Positions 8,589 to 17,185 of a stretch of 32,000 bases of DNA are shown here, piece by piece. The notes beneath the pieces are model-generated. The model ran no database searches and was not told the DNA's origin. It worked only from the letters and a program-made list of their open reading frames with translations. Positions within the stretch are counted from its first letter, which is position 1. Every line of letters begins with the position of its first letter. The DNA is from Mycobacterium tuberculosis H37Rv. Lineage in GTDB: Bacteria > Actinomycetota > Actinomycetes > Mycobacteriales > Mycobacteriaceae. A program made the translations under genes and the position numbers. The stretch is taken from contig NC_000962.3 of the NCBI RefSeq assembly GCF_000195955.2, positions 270,001-302,000 of the forward strand. Reading direction: 5' to 3'.

Positions 8589-9529
8589 CACGCACACGTT
8601 CGGGCTCGCTCGCCGCGGGCGGACTCAACTGGGCGAGCCTGCCACTGAAGCTGTTCGCCGGGGGCAACGCAAAGTTCTGGCATCCGGCCGACATCGACTT
8701 CACGCGCGACCGGGCGGACTGGGAGAAGTTGTCGGACGACGAACGTGACTACGCCACCCGATTGTGCACCCAGTTCATTGCCGGCGAGGAGGCGGTGACC
8801 GAGGACATCCAGCCGTTCATGTCCGCGATGCGGGCCGAGGGACGGCTGGCCGACGAGATGTATCTGACGCAGTTCGCGTTCGAGGAAGCCAAACACACCC
8901 AGGTGTTTCGCATGTGGCTGGATGCCGTCGGAATCAGCGAAGACTTGCATCGCTATCTCGACGACTTGCCCGCCTACCGCCAAATCTTCTACGCGGAGTT
9001 GCCGGAGTGCCTCAACGCATTGTCGGCCGATCCCTCACCGGCCGCCCAGGTCCGGGCGTCGGTCACCTACAACCACATCGTGGAAGGCATGCTGGCGCTC
9101 ACGGGCTACTACGCCTGGCACAAGATCTGTGTGGAACGCGCAATCCTTCCCGGCATGCAGGAGCTGGTCCGGCGCATCGGTGACGACGAGCGACGCCACA
9201 TGGCTTGGGGCACCTTCACCTGTCGGCGCCACGTCGCCGCCGACGACGCCAATTGGACGGTGTTCGAAACACGGATGAACGAGCTCATCCCGCTGGCGCT
9301 GCGCCTCATCGAGGAGGGCTTTGCGCTGTACGGCGACCAGCCCCCATTCGACCTGTCCAAGGACGATTTCCTGCAATACTCGACCGACAAGGGAATGCGC
9401 CGGTTCGGCACCATCAGCAACGCCCGCGGCCGGCCGGTCGCCGAAATCGACGTCGACTACTCGCCCGCGCAGCTGGAGGACACCTTCGCCGACGAGGACC
9501 GGCGCACCCTGGCAGCGGCCTCGGCCTAG
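8585..9529 (+). CDS. nrdB: Ribonucleotide reductase R2-like protein, R2lox-type ligand-binding oxidase (314 aa)
   Basis: ORF track. Ferritin-like di-metal motifs FEEAKH and GDDERRH are present. The start overlaps the TetR stop (ATGA, 8585-8588). Recognised as Rv0233. Confidence 0.93.
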   Translation: MTRTRSGSLAAGGLNWASLPLKLFAGGNAKFWHPADIDFTRDRADWEKLSDDERDYATRLCTQFIAGEEAVTEDIQPFMSAMRAEGRLADEMYLTQFAFEEAKHTQVFRMWLDAVGISEDLHRYLDDLPAYRQIFYAELPECLNALSADPSPAAQVRASVTYNHIVEGMLALTGYYAWHKICVERAILPGMQELVRRIGDDERRHMAWGTFTCRRHVAADDANWTVFETRMNELIPLALRLIEEGFALYGDQPPFDLSKDDFLQYSTDKGMRRFGTISNARGRPVAEIDVDYSPAQLEDTFADEDRRTLAAASA

Positions 9530-9530
9530 G

Positions 9531-9598
9531 CCTGGCGAGCAGACGCAAAATCGCCCAATTTCGTGCCGAATTGGGCGATTTTGCGTCTGCTCGCCAGG
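9531..9598. terminator. Perfect 30-bp-stem hairpin (8-nt loop) between convergent nrdB and gabD1; candidate bidirectional terminator or repeat-family element
   Basis: Left arm CCTGGCGAGCAGACGCAAAATCGCCCAATT (9531-9560), loop TCGTGCCG, right arm AATTGGGCGATTTTGCGTCTGCTCGCCAGG (9569-9598). The arms are exact reverse complements. The hairpin starts 2 nt after the nrdB stop and ends 6 nt before the gabD1 stop. No U-tract. Confidence 0.7.
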
Positions 9599-9604
9599 GG
9601 AACG

Positions 9605-10978
9605 CTAGGCGATCCAGACGGTCTTGATGTTGCAGAACTCGCGTATCCCGTGTGCGGACAGTTCCCGGCCATAGCCCGAGCGCTTGACCCCGCCGAACGG
9701 CAATTCGGGATAGGACACCGTCATGCCGTTGATAAAAACCTGGCCCGCCACGATGTCGTCGATGAAGCGTCGTTGCTCGGTCTCGTCGCGGGTCCAGGCG
9801 TTGGATCCCAGCCCGAAGGTGGTGGCGTTGGCGATCTCGACGGCCTCGTCGATGTTCGCCGCGCGGAACACCGAGGCGACCGGACCGAAGACCTCCTCGG
9901 TGTAGAGAGCCATGTCCTTGGAGATGTCGGTGATCACGGTCGGCGGGTAGAACCAGCCCGGCCGGTCGAGACGCTTTCCGCCGCACCGGATCACCGCGCC
10001 CGCCGCGGCAGCATCCTCGACTTGCTTGGCAACCTCGTTGCGGCCCTGCTCGGTGGCCAGCGGGCCCACGTCGGTGTCCGGGTCGGTCGGGTCGCCGACC
10101 CGTAACGCCGCCATCCGCGCGACGAACTTGTCGACGAAATCGTCGTAAATGTCGGCGTGGACGATGAACCGCTTGGCGGCGATGCAGGATTGGCCGTTGT
10201 TCTGCACCCGGCCGGTGACGGCGGTGCTGACCGCGGCGTCCAGATCGGCCGACGGCATAACGATGAACGGGTCGCTGCCGCCGAGCTCGAGCACGGTCGG
10301 CTTGATCTCGTTACCGGCGATAGCGCCCACCGATTGGCCGGCCGGCTCGCTTCCGGTCAGCGTGGCCGCCGCGACCCGGGGATCACGCAGGATGGCTTCG
10401 ACGGCTCCCGAGCTAACAAGCAACGTCTGGAAGCAGCCGTCCGGGAAGCCGCCTCGGGCGATGACGTCGGCCAGGTACAGCGCGCATTGCGGCACGTTCG
10501 ACGCGTGCTTGAGCAGGCCGACGTTTCCGGCCATCAGTGCCGGTGCGGCGAACCGAACCGCTTGCCACAGGGGGAAGTTCCATGGCATCACCGCCAGGAT
10601 CACCCCGAGCGGCTGGTATCGGCCGTAGGCCGCCGACGCCCCGACCTTGGCCGCATCGGCGGGTTCGTCGGCCAGCAACGCCTCGGCGTTTTCGGCGTAG
10701 TAGCGAAAACCCTTGGCGCACTTCAGTGCCTCGGCTTTGGCCGCGGCCAGCGTCTTGCCCATCTCGAGCGTCATCATCGCGGCGGCCTGGTCGGCCTCGG
10801 CTTCCAGCAAGTCGGCGGTGGCATTGGCCCACCGGGCGCGCTGGGCGAAGCTGGTCTGGCGGTAGTCGGCGAACCGCCGGTGGGCCCGGGCTATTGCCGC
10901 GTCGACTTCGTCATCGGTCGCCGCAGTGAATGTCTTGACTGTTTCGCCGGTAGCCGGGTTGATGGTGGCGATGGGCAC
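9605..10978 (-). CDS. gabD1: Succinate-semialdehyde dehydrogenase (NADP+), aldehyde dehydrogenase family
   Basis: ORF track 9605..11140 (511 aa). Contains the catalytic Cys (NNGQSCIAAKRF) and the VLELGGSDP motif. I prefer GTG 10978 (457 aa, VPIATINPATGE...), which is preceded by AAGGAT with a 6-nt spacer. Family homology begins there, and the longer N-terminus crosses two hairpins. Confidence 0.9.
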   Translation of the reverse strand: MPIATINPATGETVKTFTAATDDEVDAAIARAHRRFADYRQTSFAQRARWANATADLLEAEADQAAAMMTLEMGKTLAAAKAEALKCAKGFRYYAENAEALLADEPADAAKVGASAAYGRYQPLGVILAVMPWNFPLWQAVRFAAPALMAGNVGLLKHASNVPQCALYLADVIARGGFPDGCFQTLLVSSGAVEAILRDPRVAAATLTGSEPAGQSVGAIAGNEIKPTVLELGGSDPFIVMPSADLDAAVSTAVTGRVQNNGQSCIAAKRFIVHADIYDDFVDKFVARMAALRVGDPTDPDTDVGPLATEQGRNEVAKQVEDAAAAGAVIRCGGKRLDRPGWFYPPTVITDISKDMALYTEEVFGPVASVFRAANIDEAVEIANATTFGLGSNAWTRDETEQRRFIDDIVAGQVFINGMTVSYPELPFGGVKRSGYGRELSAHGIREFCNIKTVWIA

Positions 10979-11057
10979 GCTGACATCCTTTGCTGGGTGG
11001 GTTTGCACAAATCGTCCGGTGTCCAGCCTGCCACTAACGTGGCCAGCGCTCCCGAGC

Positions 11058-11144
11058 AGGAGGTGTCGGGGCCTCCTATCGGCTGGGGTGGGCTCTATCA
11101 CGGGCAGGACCAGCGTGGCGGAACATGTCACCGATCGCATGTTC
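11058..11144 (-). terminator. Two hairpins downstream of the LMF1-like gene, inside the long-form gabD1 N-terminus
   Basis: GAACATG (11121-11127) / CATGTTC (11138-11144) with a 10-nt loop. AGGAGG (11058-11063) / CCTCCT (11072-11077) with an 8-nt loop. Neither has a clear U-tract. Confidence 0.3.
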
Positions 11145-11165
11145 GTCGGGAGCTAATCGGCCCGT

Positions 11166-12614
11166 TCAATCGGCCGGTGGCGAGGCGACTTTGCGTAGCG
11201 ACATCGGCGGGACGTAGCGCCCGATCAGCGTGCGGTGCCACCAGGCTCGGTCCCGTCGCAGCTCGGCCACGGTGGTGAAGCGGTACTGATACAGCTGCGC
11301 GCGCACATACCGAGGCGGAGATTGCGGGAAAGGATTGTGGCGCAACAGCTTCAGCGTCGCAGGATCATTGCGCAGCAACCGGTTTAGGAATGGCGTCATC
11401 CACGGTAGTGCGTAGCCCGGTGAGATGGCGGCGAACCACATGAGCCAGTCCAGCCGCAGATGGTAGGGGGCCCATTGCCGCGGCAGCCGGCGCGGATCAC
11501 CGGGCTTGCCCTTGAATTCGTATGCTTTCCAGACGGTTTGTTCGGTAATCGGTGACTCGTCGGTCCCTTCGATTACCACTTCCCGGCGGGTGCGGCAGAT
11601 GCTGCCGAACGCCCCGTAGGTGTTGACCAAATGAAAGGGGTTGAACGACATGTTCATTCGTTGATGAGAGGACAGCAGATTGCGTGCCGGCCAGTAGCTC
11701 AGCAACAGCACCGCCGCGGTGAATACGACCACGAGGCCGGCGAACCACTGCGGCGGTGCCGACAGCGCCGGCTGGGCCGGCATCGGCAGCAGCGCCGCGG
11801 CCGAAGATGTGTCGATCGCGCTGCACGCCAAGAGGATGGTCAGCCAATTGAGCCAGGAGAAATTTCCCGATGCCACCAGCCATAGCTGGGTAACCACGAT
11901 GATCGCGGCGGCGATGCTGGCTGCGGGCTGTGGTGTGAACAACCCAAACGGCACCACGAGCTGGGCGAAATGGTTGCCCGCCACCTCAATCCGGTGCAAT
12001 GGCTTAGGCAGGTGATGGAAGAACCAGCTCAACGGGCCCGGCATGGGCTGTGTTTCGTGGTGGTAGTACAGGCACGTCAGACTGCGCCAGCACGAGTCGC
12101 CGCGCATCTTGATCAATCCGGCACCGAATTCGACCCGGAACAGCAGCCAGCGCGCCAACAACAACGTCAGAATCGGCGGGGCGGTGCGCTCGTTTCCGAG
12201 GAAGATCATCAGGAAGCCGGTCTCCAGCAGCAGCGACTCCCAACCGAATGAGTACCACGCCTGCCCGACGTTGACGATGGACAGGTAGAGCACCCACAGC
12301 GTCAGCCAGATCAGCATCGTGGCCCACAACGGCACGAAGGAGGCCGCACCGGCGACGACGGCTGCCGACAACACGGCACCCAACCAGCAGACCCCGGCGA
12401 ACACCCGATCGGAATAGCGAAAGTGAAAGATGCTCGGTGTTCGCCAGAAGGACTGTCCAGCCAGATACCGCGGCACCGGCAGCATGCCGTGCTCTCCGAT
12501 GAGGGGCCGGAACTGCTGTGCGGCCGCGACGAATGCGATCAGATAAATAATCGCCGTGCCGCGCTCCAGCGCCAGTCTGCCCAGCCAATATTCGGGCGCT
12601 GAAAACCATCCCAT
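11166..12614 (-). CDS. Lipase-maturation-factor (LMF1)-like polytopic membrane protein (482 aa, Rv0235c)
   Basis: ORF track 11166..12671. ATG 12614 is preceded by AAGGAG (8-nt spacer). LMF1-family-like motifs are present: IYLIAFVAAAQQFRPLIGEHGMLP, GNFSWLNWLT and YHLRLDWLMWFAA. Confidence 0.9.
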   Translation of the reverse strand: MGWFSAPEYWLGRLALERGTAIIYLIAFVAAAQQFRPLIGEHGMLPVPRYLAGQSFWRTPSIFHFRYSDRVFAGVCWLGAVLSAAVVAGAASFVPLWATMLIWLTLWVLYLSIVNVGQAWYSFGWESLLLETGFLMIFLGNERTAPPILTLLLARWLLFRVEFGAGLIKMRGDSCWRSLTCLYYHHETQPMPGPLSWFFHHLPKPLHRIEVAGNHFAQLVVPFGLFTPQPAASIAAAIIVVTQLWLVASGNFSWLNWLTILLACSAIDTSSAAALLPMPAQPALSAPPQWFAGLVVVFTAAVLLLSYWPARNLLSSHQRMNMSFNPFHLVNTYGAFGSICRTRREVVIEGTDESPITEQTVWKAYEFKGKPGDPRRLPRQWAPYHLRLDWLMWFAAISPGYALPWMTPFLNRLLRNDPATLKLLRHNPFPQSPPRYVRAQLYQYRFTTVAELRRDRAWWHRTLIGRYVPPMSLRKVASPPAD

Positions 12615-12648
12615 GGCCGTTACTCCTTGGACACGGCGTTCACACCAA

Positions 12649-15600
12649 CTATTGCATGCGGTCTTGACCACGAGACTCTGATGTGGCGACCACCGATGCC
12701 GCCACCACGGAAACCGAAATCAGTGCCAGCAGTTGCACACTGGCCCAGTTCCCGGCGTATCCGTCGACCGACCGCCACGGATGCCGGGACAGCGCAGCGC
12801 CGGCCAGGATCAGCCCGCCCGCAGCCAGTCCGACGGTGACCCGGTCACGTAGTCGCTCCCGGCGGCGCAGTGCATACCGCACACCGAGGGCCGTGCCCAT
12901 CACCATGACCCCGGCGATGCTGGCGATCACCGCCCCGGCCGCCAGCACCCCGGCCGCCGCCCAGGCTCCGGGCCTCCAGGGTGGTGTGGGCCGGTCGGCG
13001 AGCTGCCGTCGCCCGGTCCGCCAGAACGCCAGCAGAGCTAGCAGGGGCAGCAGGGCCAGCCCTATCGCCAGGCTCGCCCGATACAGCGAGTTCGGTGCGA
13101 ATGTCAGCGTGATGGTGCCGGGGTTCCCGGCGGGCACCACCCAGGCCTGCTGCCACCCGTTGACGGCGATCGGTGTCAGCCGGGCCCCGGTGCTCGTGCG
13201 GGCCACCCAGCCCGAGTTGATGCTTTCGGGTACCACCAGCACCCGGGAAGTGGCCGACTCGGGAACCCGAACTTCGCGGTGGGTGGGACCCCACGCACCC
13301 GTTTCAGCAGAAGTAACTGTCGCGCTTGACAATCCAGCACCGGGAGTTGACAACTGGGCACCGTCGACCACGAACGCGGCGCCGGGGCTGATCAGCAATT
13401 CCTGCTGTCCCGCCGGCAGCGCTATCGGCTCGCGTTCACACGGGAGCGCGGCGACCGGTTCACCGTCCAGCAAGGCGCCCACCGTGGTTCGGATCGAGGT
13501 GTGCACGAACCGGCCCGCGACGGCGACGACCGGGCCGTGATCGCAATCCACGGTGAGCGCACGCGCGCGGTTGCGGGCGGCGTCGGCCGGCGCAATCGGG
13601 GCGCCGCCGGCGCTAAGCACCACCACTTCGGCCAGCCCCGGCGGCTTGAGCTGGTCGAAGCCCAGCGCGTTGCGATCGATGACATCGTCCCAGTCCAGCA
13701 GGCTGACCGACACCGTGTCGGTCACCCGGGGATGCAGCCATAGCGTCGTTAGCTCGCCGACCTGCAGTTGTCGGACCTGGGGGCCGTCGCCCAGGTTGAT
13801 GGCCACCACCGTCGGATGGGCCGGCAACATCGACCGGCTGGCGGCCAGCCGCAGCCCGGTCACCACGGTGGGCCGCGGCAGGGTCAGCGTCAGCGTCGGC
13901 GGGGTTTTGTGTTGCACCACCCGCTGCGGCGCGGTCCAGGCGGTGGCCGGATCGCCGTCGGCGGCCGCGTACGCCGAGCCGAGGATGTCGACAAGGTCGG
14001 AATCACCGCTGGCCCGGGTGGTGGAAGGCGCGGCGATCAAGTCGGCCAGCTTCGGGCCCTGCCGTGGTCGCACCCACACCATCGGGGTCACCGACACCGG
14101 GCGGGGTACGGTCAGTGTGCGGCTGAGATTGGCCGGTTCCTCGGGTGCCAGGGCCATCGAGGCGGCGCAGCGCACGCCGTCGGGTCCCGGGGCGCAGCCC
14201 GGTCTGCCCAGCAGTTCGGATCCCAGGTCCCAGCCCGCGATCGCCGAACCCGGCGGCGGCCCGGGCACCAGCACGGTGTGTCGCAGCTGAACCGGATGGG
14301 CGAAACCGGACGCATCGTATTGGGTGATGGCCAGATCGGTGATGCCGAACTGCACACCGGCCGACCCGTCGTCGGTGGCGGCCGCGGTAAACCGCACCCA
14401 GGGGGTTTCGCCGTAGGGCAGTGCGGCGGTGAGCGGTTTGCCCGCCTCATCGAACCGCAGGGTGGTGCTGCCGTTGACGGTCTCGATCAGGATGCGTCGG
14501 ACCTGGGCGCCGACCGCGGTCGCGCTGGGTGTCAGGGTGACGACGGCATTGGTCACCGGACGGTCGAAATCCACCTGCAGCCACTGCCCAACGGCGGCCT
14601 GCAGCGCGTTGGACACCCAAGCGGTCGCCGGGTCACCGTCGACGGCGGCCGCGGGTGCGCTCGCCGGGGCGACGTCGGGCATGGCGGTGGCATCCGCCGA
14701 GGAGCTCGACACGGTGATCCGGCCGCCGGTCCATCCACCGACGACCGGCTCCGCGCCCGGCACCGGGTAGTCAGGCACCCGGTTGTAGGTGTGCCGGGCG
14801 TCGCCGGGTGCCCGGATCGCCGACGAGTGGTGGTCCACCCGGCCGTAATCGGTCTCGCGGGCCACCGGGGTGTCGGTGACGGCGACCTGGGGCACCGGCA
14901 AGCCGGCAGCTCGAGCGTCCGCGGTCATCAGCACCGGACCCAGCGGGGGCTGGCCCTGCAGCCGGCGTCGTTCGTCCAGACGCAGCAGGACCTCGGGTCC
15001 GCCGTCGACGCGGGCGAGCTGGTCGGTCGCGGCGAAGTAGGGCGCACCGGGGTTGGCGGGCGCGCTCACCCGGTAGATCTCAATCGCGGGATATCGGGGT
15101 CGCAGGCCGCTGTCGTTGACGAAACCCGCCAGCGGATCAGGACCCACCGGCGCGCCGAACTCCGCCAGCTTCGCTAGCCCGGGCGACCCTGCGATGCTAC
15201 GGTGCAGCAGAATCGGTCGTGCCGAGCGCGACGTCTCGGGATCCAGATCGTTGCGTACCAGCACATAGGAAATGCCTTGGCGGGCAAGGGTATCGGCCAG
15301 CCCCGCCGACGGTCGTCCGGCGGCGAACAGGCGTTGCACGGAGTCCAGCGCTCGAATGGTCTGCGGCGGGGTCAGCGGAATGGAGTCGCGCACGCCCCAC
15401 GGGCCGTCGCCGAGCACCTGCAGCGGCTCGTCGTGGCTGGTGCCCCACACCTGGGTGGCGAACGGGGCGCCCGGGACCACCAGCACCCGCCCGGGAGTGG
15501 GCGTCGCGGCATGGTGTGTGCGCAGCCAGTCGGCGGCCTCCTGCCAGTACTGGGGAAGCGCACCGAACGTGCCGGGCGGGGCGACCCGGCCGGTCCACGC

Positions 15601-16851
15601 CAGCGAGGTGCTGACCATCAGCGCGGTCAGGGCTACCACCGCCACCGCTACTCGCTTGTCCCGCTCGGGGTGCGCGAACGCGCGCAGCCACGCCGGCCTC
15701 GGCGCGCTGCCTGGCAGCGGAACTCGGCTCAGCAGCTGCGCCAAGCCCAGCACCAGGGGCAGCCGGATCACAGGCCCCACCTTGTGTACGTTGCGCAGGG
15801 GGGTGCCGGCGGCGTCCAGGAACGCCTGCACCGGGTGGGCGACCGGCGAAGCCAGCCCGCCGCGGTGGCCAACGGCCAGCAGCACCACCCCGACCAACAG
15901 CATCGTCACCAGCCGGCCGCGCGCCGGCATCGCCGGGCTAGTCAGTCCGGCCAGCCCGGCCGCTGCGACCAGGCAGGTGCCCAGGATGGCCGCCGATCCG
16001 GTGACCAACGGCGCGCCCGCGGTCGCGTTCGGCGCCACGAACGGCGTCCAGCTGTCGGTGCCGCGCAGCACCTCCACCAGCGAGGACCATTGCGTGGTCA
16101 CGCCGGAAGATTCGATGAAGTCCAGAAACGGCGGACTGACCCCGTGCAGCTGCGTCAGCGCCATTACCCACCACAGTGTCGCCAGGGCCATCGCCAACAG
16201 CCACCACGCGGTGTAGCGCCACCACAACCGATTCGGCCGGTGACAGGCCCACCAGATCACCGCCGGCAGGCAACCGGCCAGCGTCGCGATGGCGTTGACC
16301 GCGCCCATCAGCGCCACCGCCAGCCCGGCTTGGGCGGCCAGCGCGCGCACCGAGCGGCCAGAAGTCCCCCGCAGCGCCAGGATCGTGGGCAGCAGCACCC
16401 ACGGCGCCAGCATCATCGGCAAGGTTTCCGACGAGATCGACCCGAGTGTGGTCAGCACCCGTGGTGACAGCGCGAACGCCACGGCGCCGACCACCCGCGA
16501 GGACGGGCCGCCGACGCCCAGCGCCTCGGCTACCCGCAGCAGGCCCCAGAAGCCGACCGTGAGCAACACCGCCCACCACAGCCGCTGAGTGACCCAGCCG
16601 GGCACTCCCAGCAGGTGACCGATCACGAAGAAGGTGCCGTGCGGAAACAGATACCCGTAGGCCTGGTTCTGCGCCTGCCCGAACGGCAGGTCGCTGTTCC
16701 ACAGGTTGGTCGCACGCGCCAGGAAGCGCAGCGGGTTGGCGGTGAGGTCCAGCTTGGTGTCGGGGGAGACTTGTCCGGGGGATTGGGCGAACGTCAGCGC
16801 CAACGCTACCGCGCCGACCACCGGCAGCCATTTGCGAGACAACGGCGCCAC
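12649..16851 (-). CDS. aftD: Arabinofuranosyltransferase AftD, GT-C fold (1400 aa)
   Basis: ORF track, 1400 aa. It has a polytopic N-terminal domain, a very large soluble middle region and C-terminal TM helices. Recognised as Rv0236c. Confidence 0.95.
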   Translation of the reverse strand: MAPLSRKWLPVVGAVALALTFAQSPGQVSPDTKLDLTANPLRFLARATNLWNSDLPFGQAQNQAYGYLFPHGTFFVIGHLLGVPGWVTQRLWWAVLLTVGFWGLLRVAEALGVGGPSSRVVGAVAFALSPRVLTTLGSISSETLPMMLAPWVLLPTILALRGTSGRSVRALAAQAGLAVALMGAVNAIATLAGCLPAVIWWACHRPNRLWWRYTAWWLLAMALATLWWVMALTQLHGVSPPFLDFIESSGVTTQWSSLVEVLRGTDSWTPFVAPNATAGAPLVTGSAAILGTCLVAAAGLAGLTSPAMPARGRLVTMLLVGVVLLAVGHRGGLASPVAHPVQAFLDAAGTPLRNVHKVGPVIRLPLVLGLAQLLSRVPLPGSAPRPAWLRAFAHPERDKRVAVAVVALTALMVSTSLAWTGRVAPPGTFGALPQYWQEAADWLRTHHAATPTPGRVLVVPGAPFATQVWGTSHDEPLQVLGDGPWGVRDSIPLTPPQTIRALDSVQRLFAAGRPSAGLADTLARQGISYVLVRNDLDPETSRSARPILLHRSIAGSPGLAKLAEFGAPVGPDPLAGFVNDSGLRPRYPAIEIYRVSAPANPGAPYFAATDQLARVDGGPEVLLRLDERRRLQGQPPLGPVLMTADARAAGLPVPQVAVTDTPVARETDYGRVDHHSSAIRAPGDARHTYNRVPDYPVPGAEPVVGGWTGGRITVSSSSADATAMPDVAPASAPAAAVDGDPATAWVSNALQAAVGQWLQVDFDRPVTNAVVTLTPSATAVGAQVRRILIETVNGSTTLRFDEAGKPLTAALPYGETPWVRFTAAATDDGSAGVQFGITDLAITQYDASGFAHPVQLRHTVLVPGPPPGSAIAGWDLGSELLGRPGCAPGPDGVRCAASMALAPEEPANLSRTLTVPRPVSVTPMVWVRPRQGPKLADLIAAPSTTRASGDSDLVDILGSAYAAADGDPATAWTAPQRVVQHKTPPTLTLTLPRPTVVTGLRLAASRSMLPAHPTVVAINLGDGPQVRQLQVGELTTLWLHPRVTDTVSVSLLDWDDVIDRNALGFDQLKPPGLAEVVVLSAGGAPIAPADAARNRARALTVDCDHGPVVAVAGRFVHTSIRTTVGALLDGEPVAALPCEREPIALPAGQQELLISPGAAFVVDGAQLSTPGAGLSSATVTSAETGAWGPTHREVRVPESATSRVLVVPESINSGWVARTSTGARLTPIAVNGWQQAWVVPAGNPGTITLTFAPNSLYRASLAIGLALLPLLALLAFWRTGRRQLADRPTPPWRPGAWAAAGVLAAGAVIASIAGVMVMGTALGVRYALRRRERLRDRVTVGLAAGGLILAGAALSRHPWRSVDGYAGNWASVQLLALISVSVVAASVVATSESRGQDRMQ

Positions 16852-16897
16852 CTGCGACCCGGAGGCCGCCTCAGCCTGCGGCGCCCGGGTCGCGGGG

Positions 16898-17071
16898 CTA
16901 GCTACGGTTACCGTACTCGACCCGGTTGAGCACTGATGACGACGGATCGCCCCCGGGGAGTGGCGGTTTCTTGTCCTGCTGCACCATCAGGGTCACTCCG
17001 AAGATCGCGGCCGCGCCCAGCAACAGACCAACCACCACGCTTGCGGCGGCGGGCGCGACGATCCGGTTCAT
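16898..17071 (-). CDS. Small secreted or membrane-anchored protein (57 aa, Rv0236A)
   Basis: C-terminal 57 aa of ORF 16898..17998: MNRIVAPAAASVVVGLLLGAAAIFGVTLMVQQDKKPPLPGGDPSSSVLNRVEYGNRS. It has a single N-terminal hydrophobic helix and ends 46 nt upstream of the aftD start. The rest of the 366-aa ORF is antisense to lpqI. Confidence 0.75.
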   Translation of the reverse strand: MNRIVAPAAASVVVGLLLGAAAIFGVTLMVQQDKKPPLPGGDPSSSVLNRVEYGNRS

Positions 17072-17185
17072 CGGTGGCTCCTCGACGGCTGTGGGTGCGG
17101 CTTGAGAGGCTAGAGGCAACTTAGCAGAAGCGTGGGCCTGGCCCCCCAACCCGGAGCGTATGCGCCACCGTGACAGCATGTCCGG

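Noticed and set aside
15202-16467. 421-aa + strand ORF, one of several similar long ORFs at 12683-13540, 13768-15177, 10157-11278, 3318-4367, 21175-22095 and 28426-29565
   Set aside because: All are antisense or out of frame to strongly supported genes (aftD, gabD1, Rv0228, fabG4, sdhA). Their translations are Arg/Pro/Gly/Ala-rich low-complexity strings with no domain signatures. This is the expected stop-codon-poor shadow-ORF artefact of about 65 percent GC DNA.
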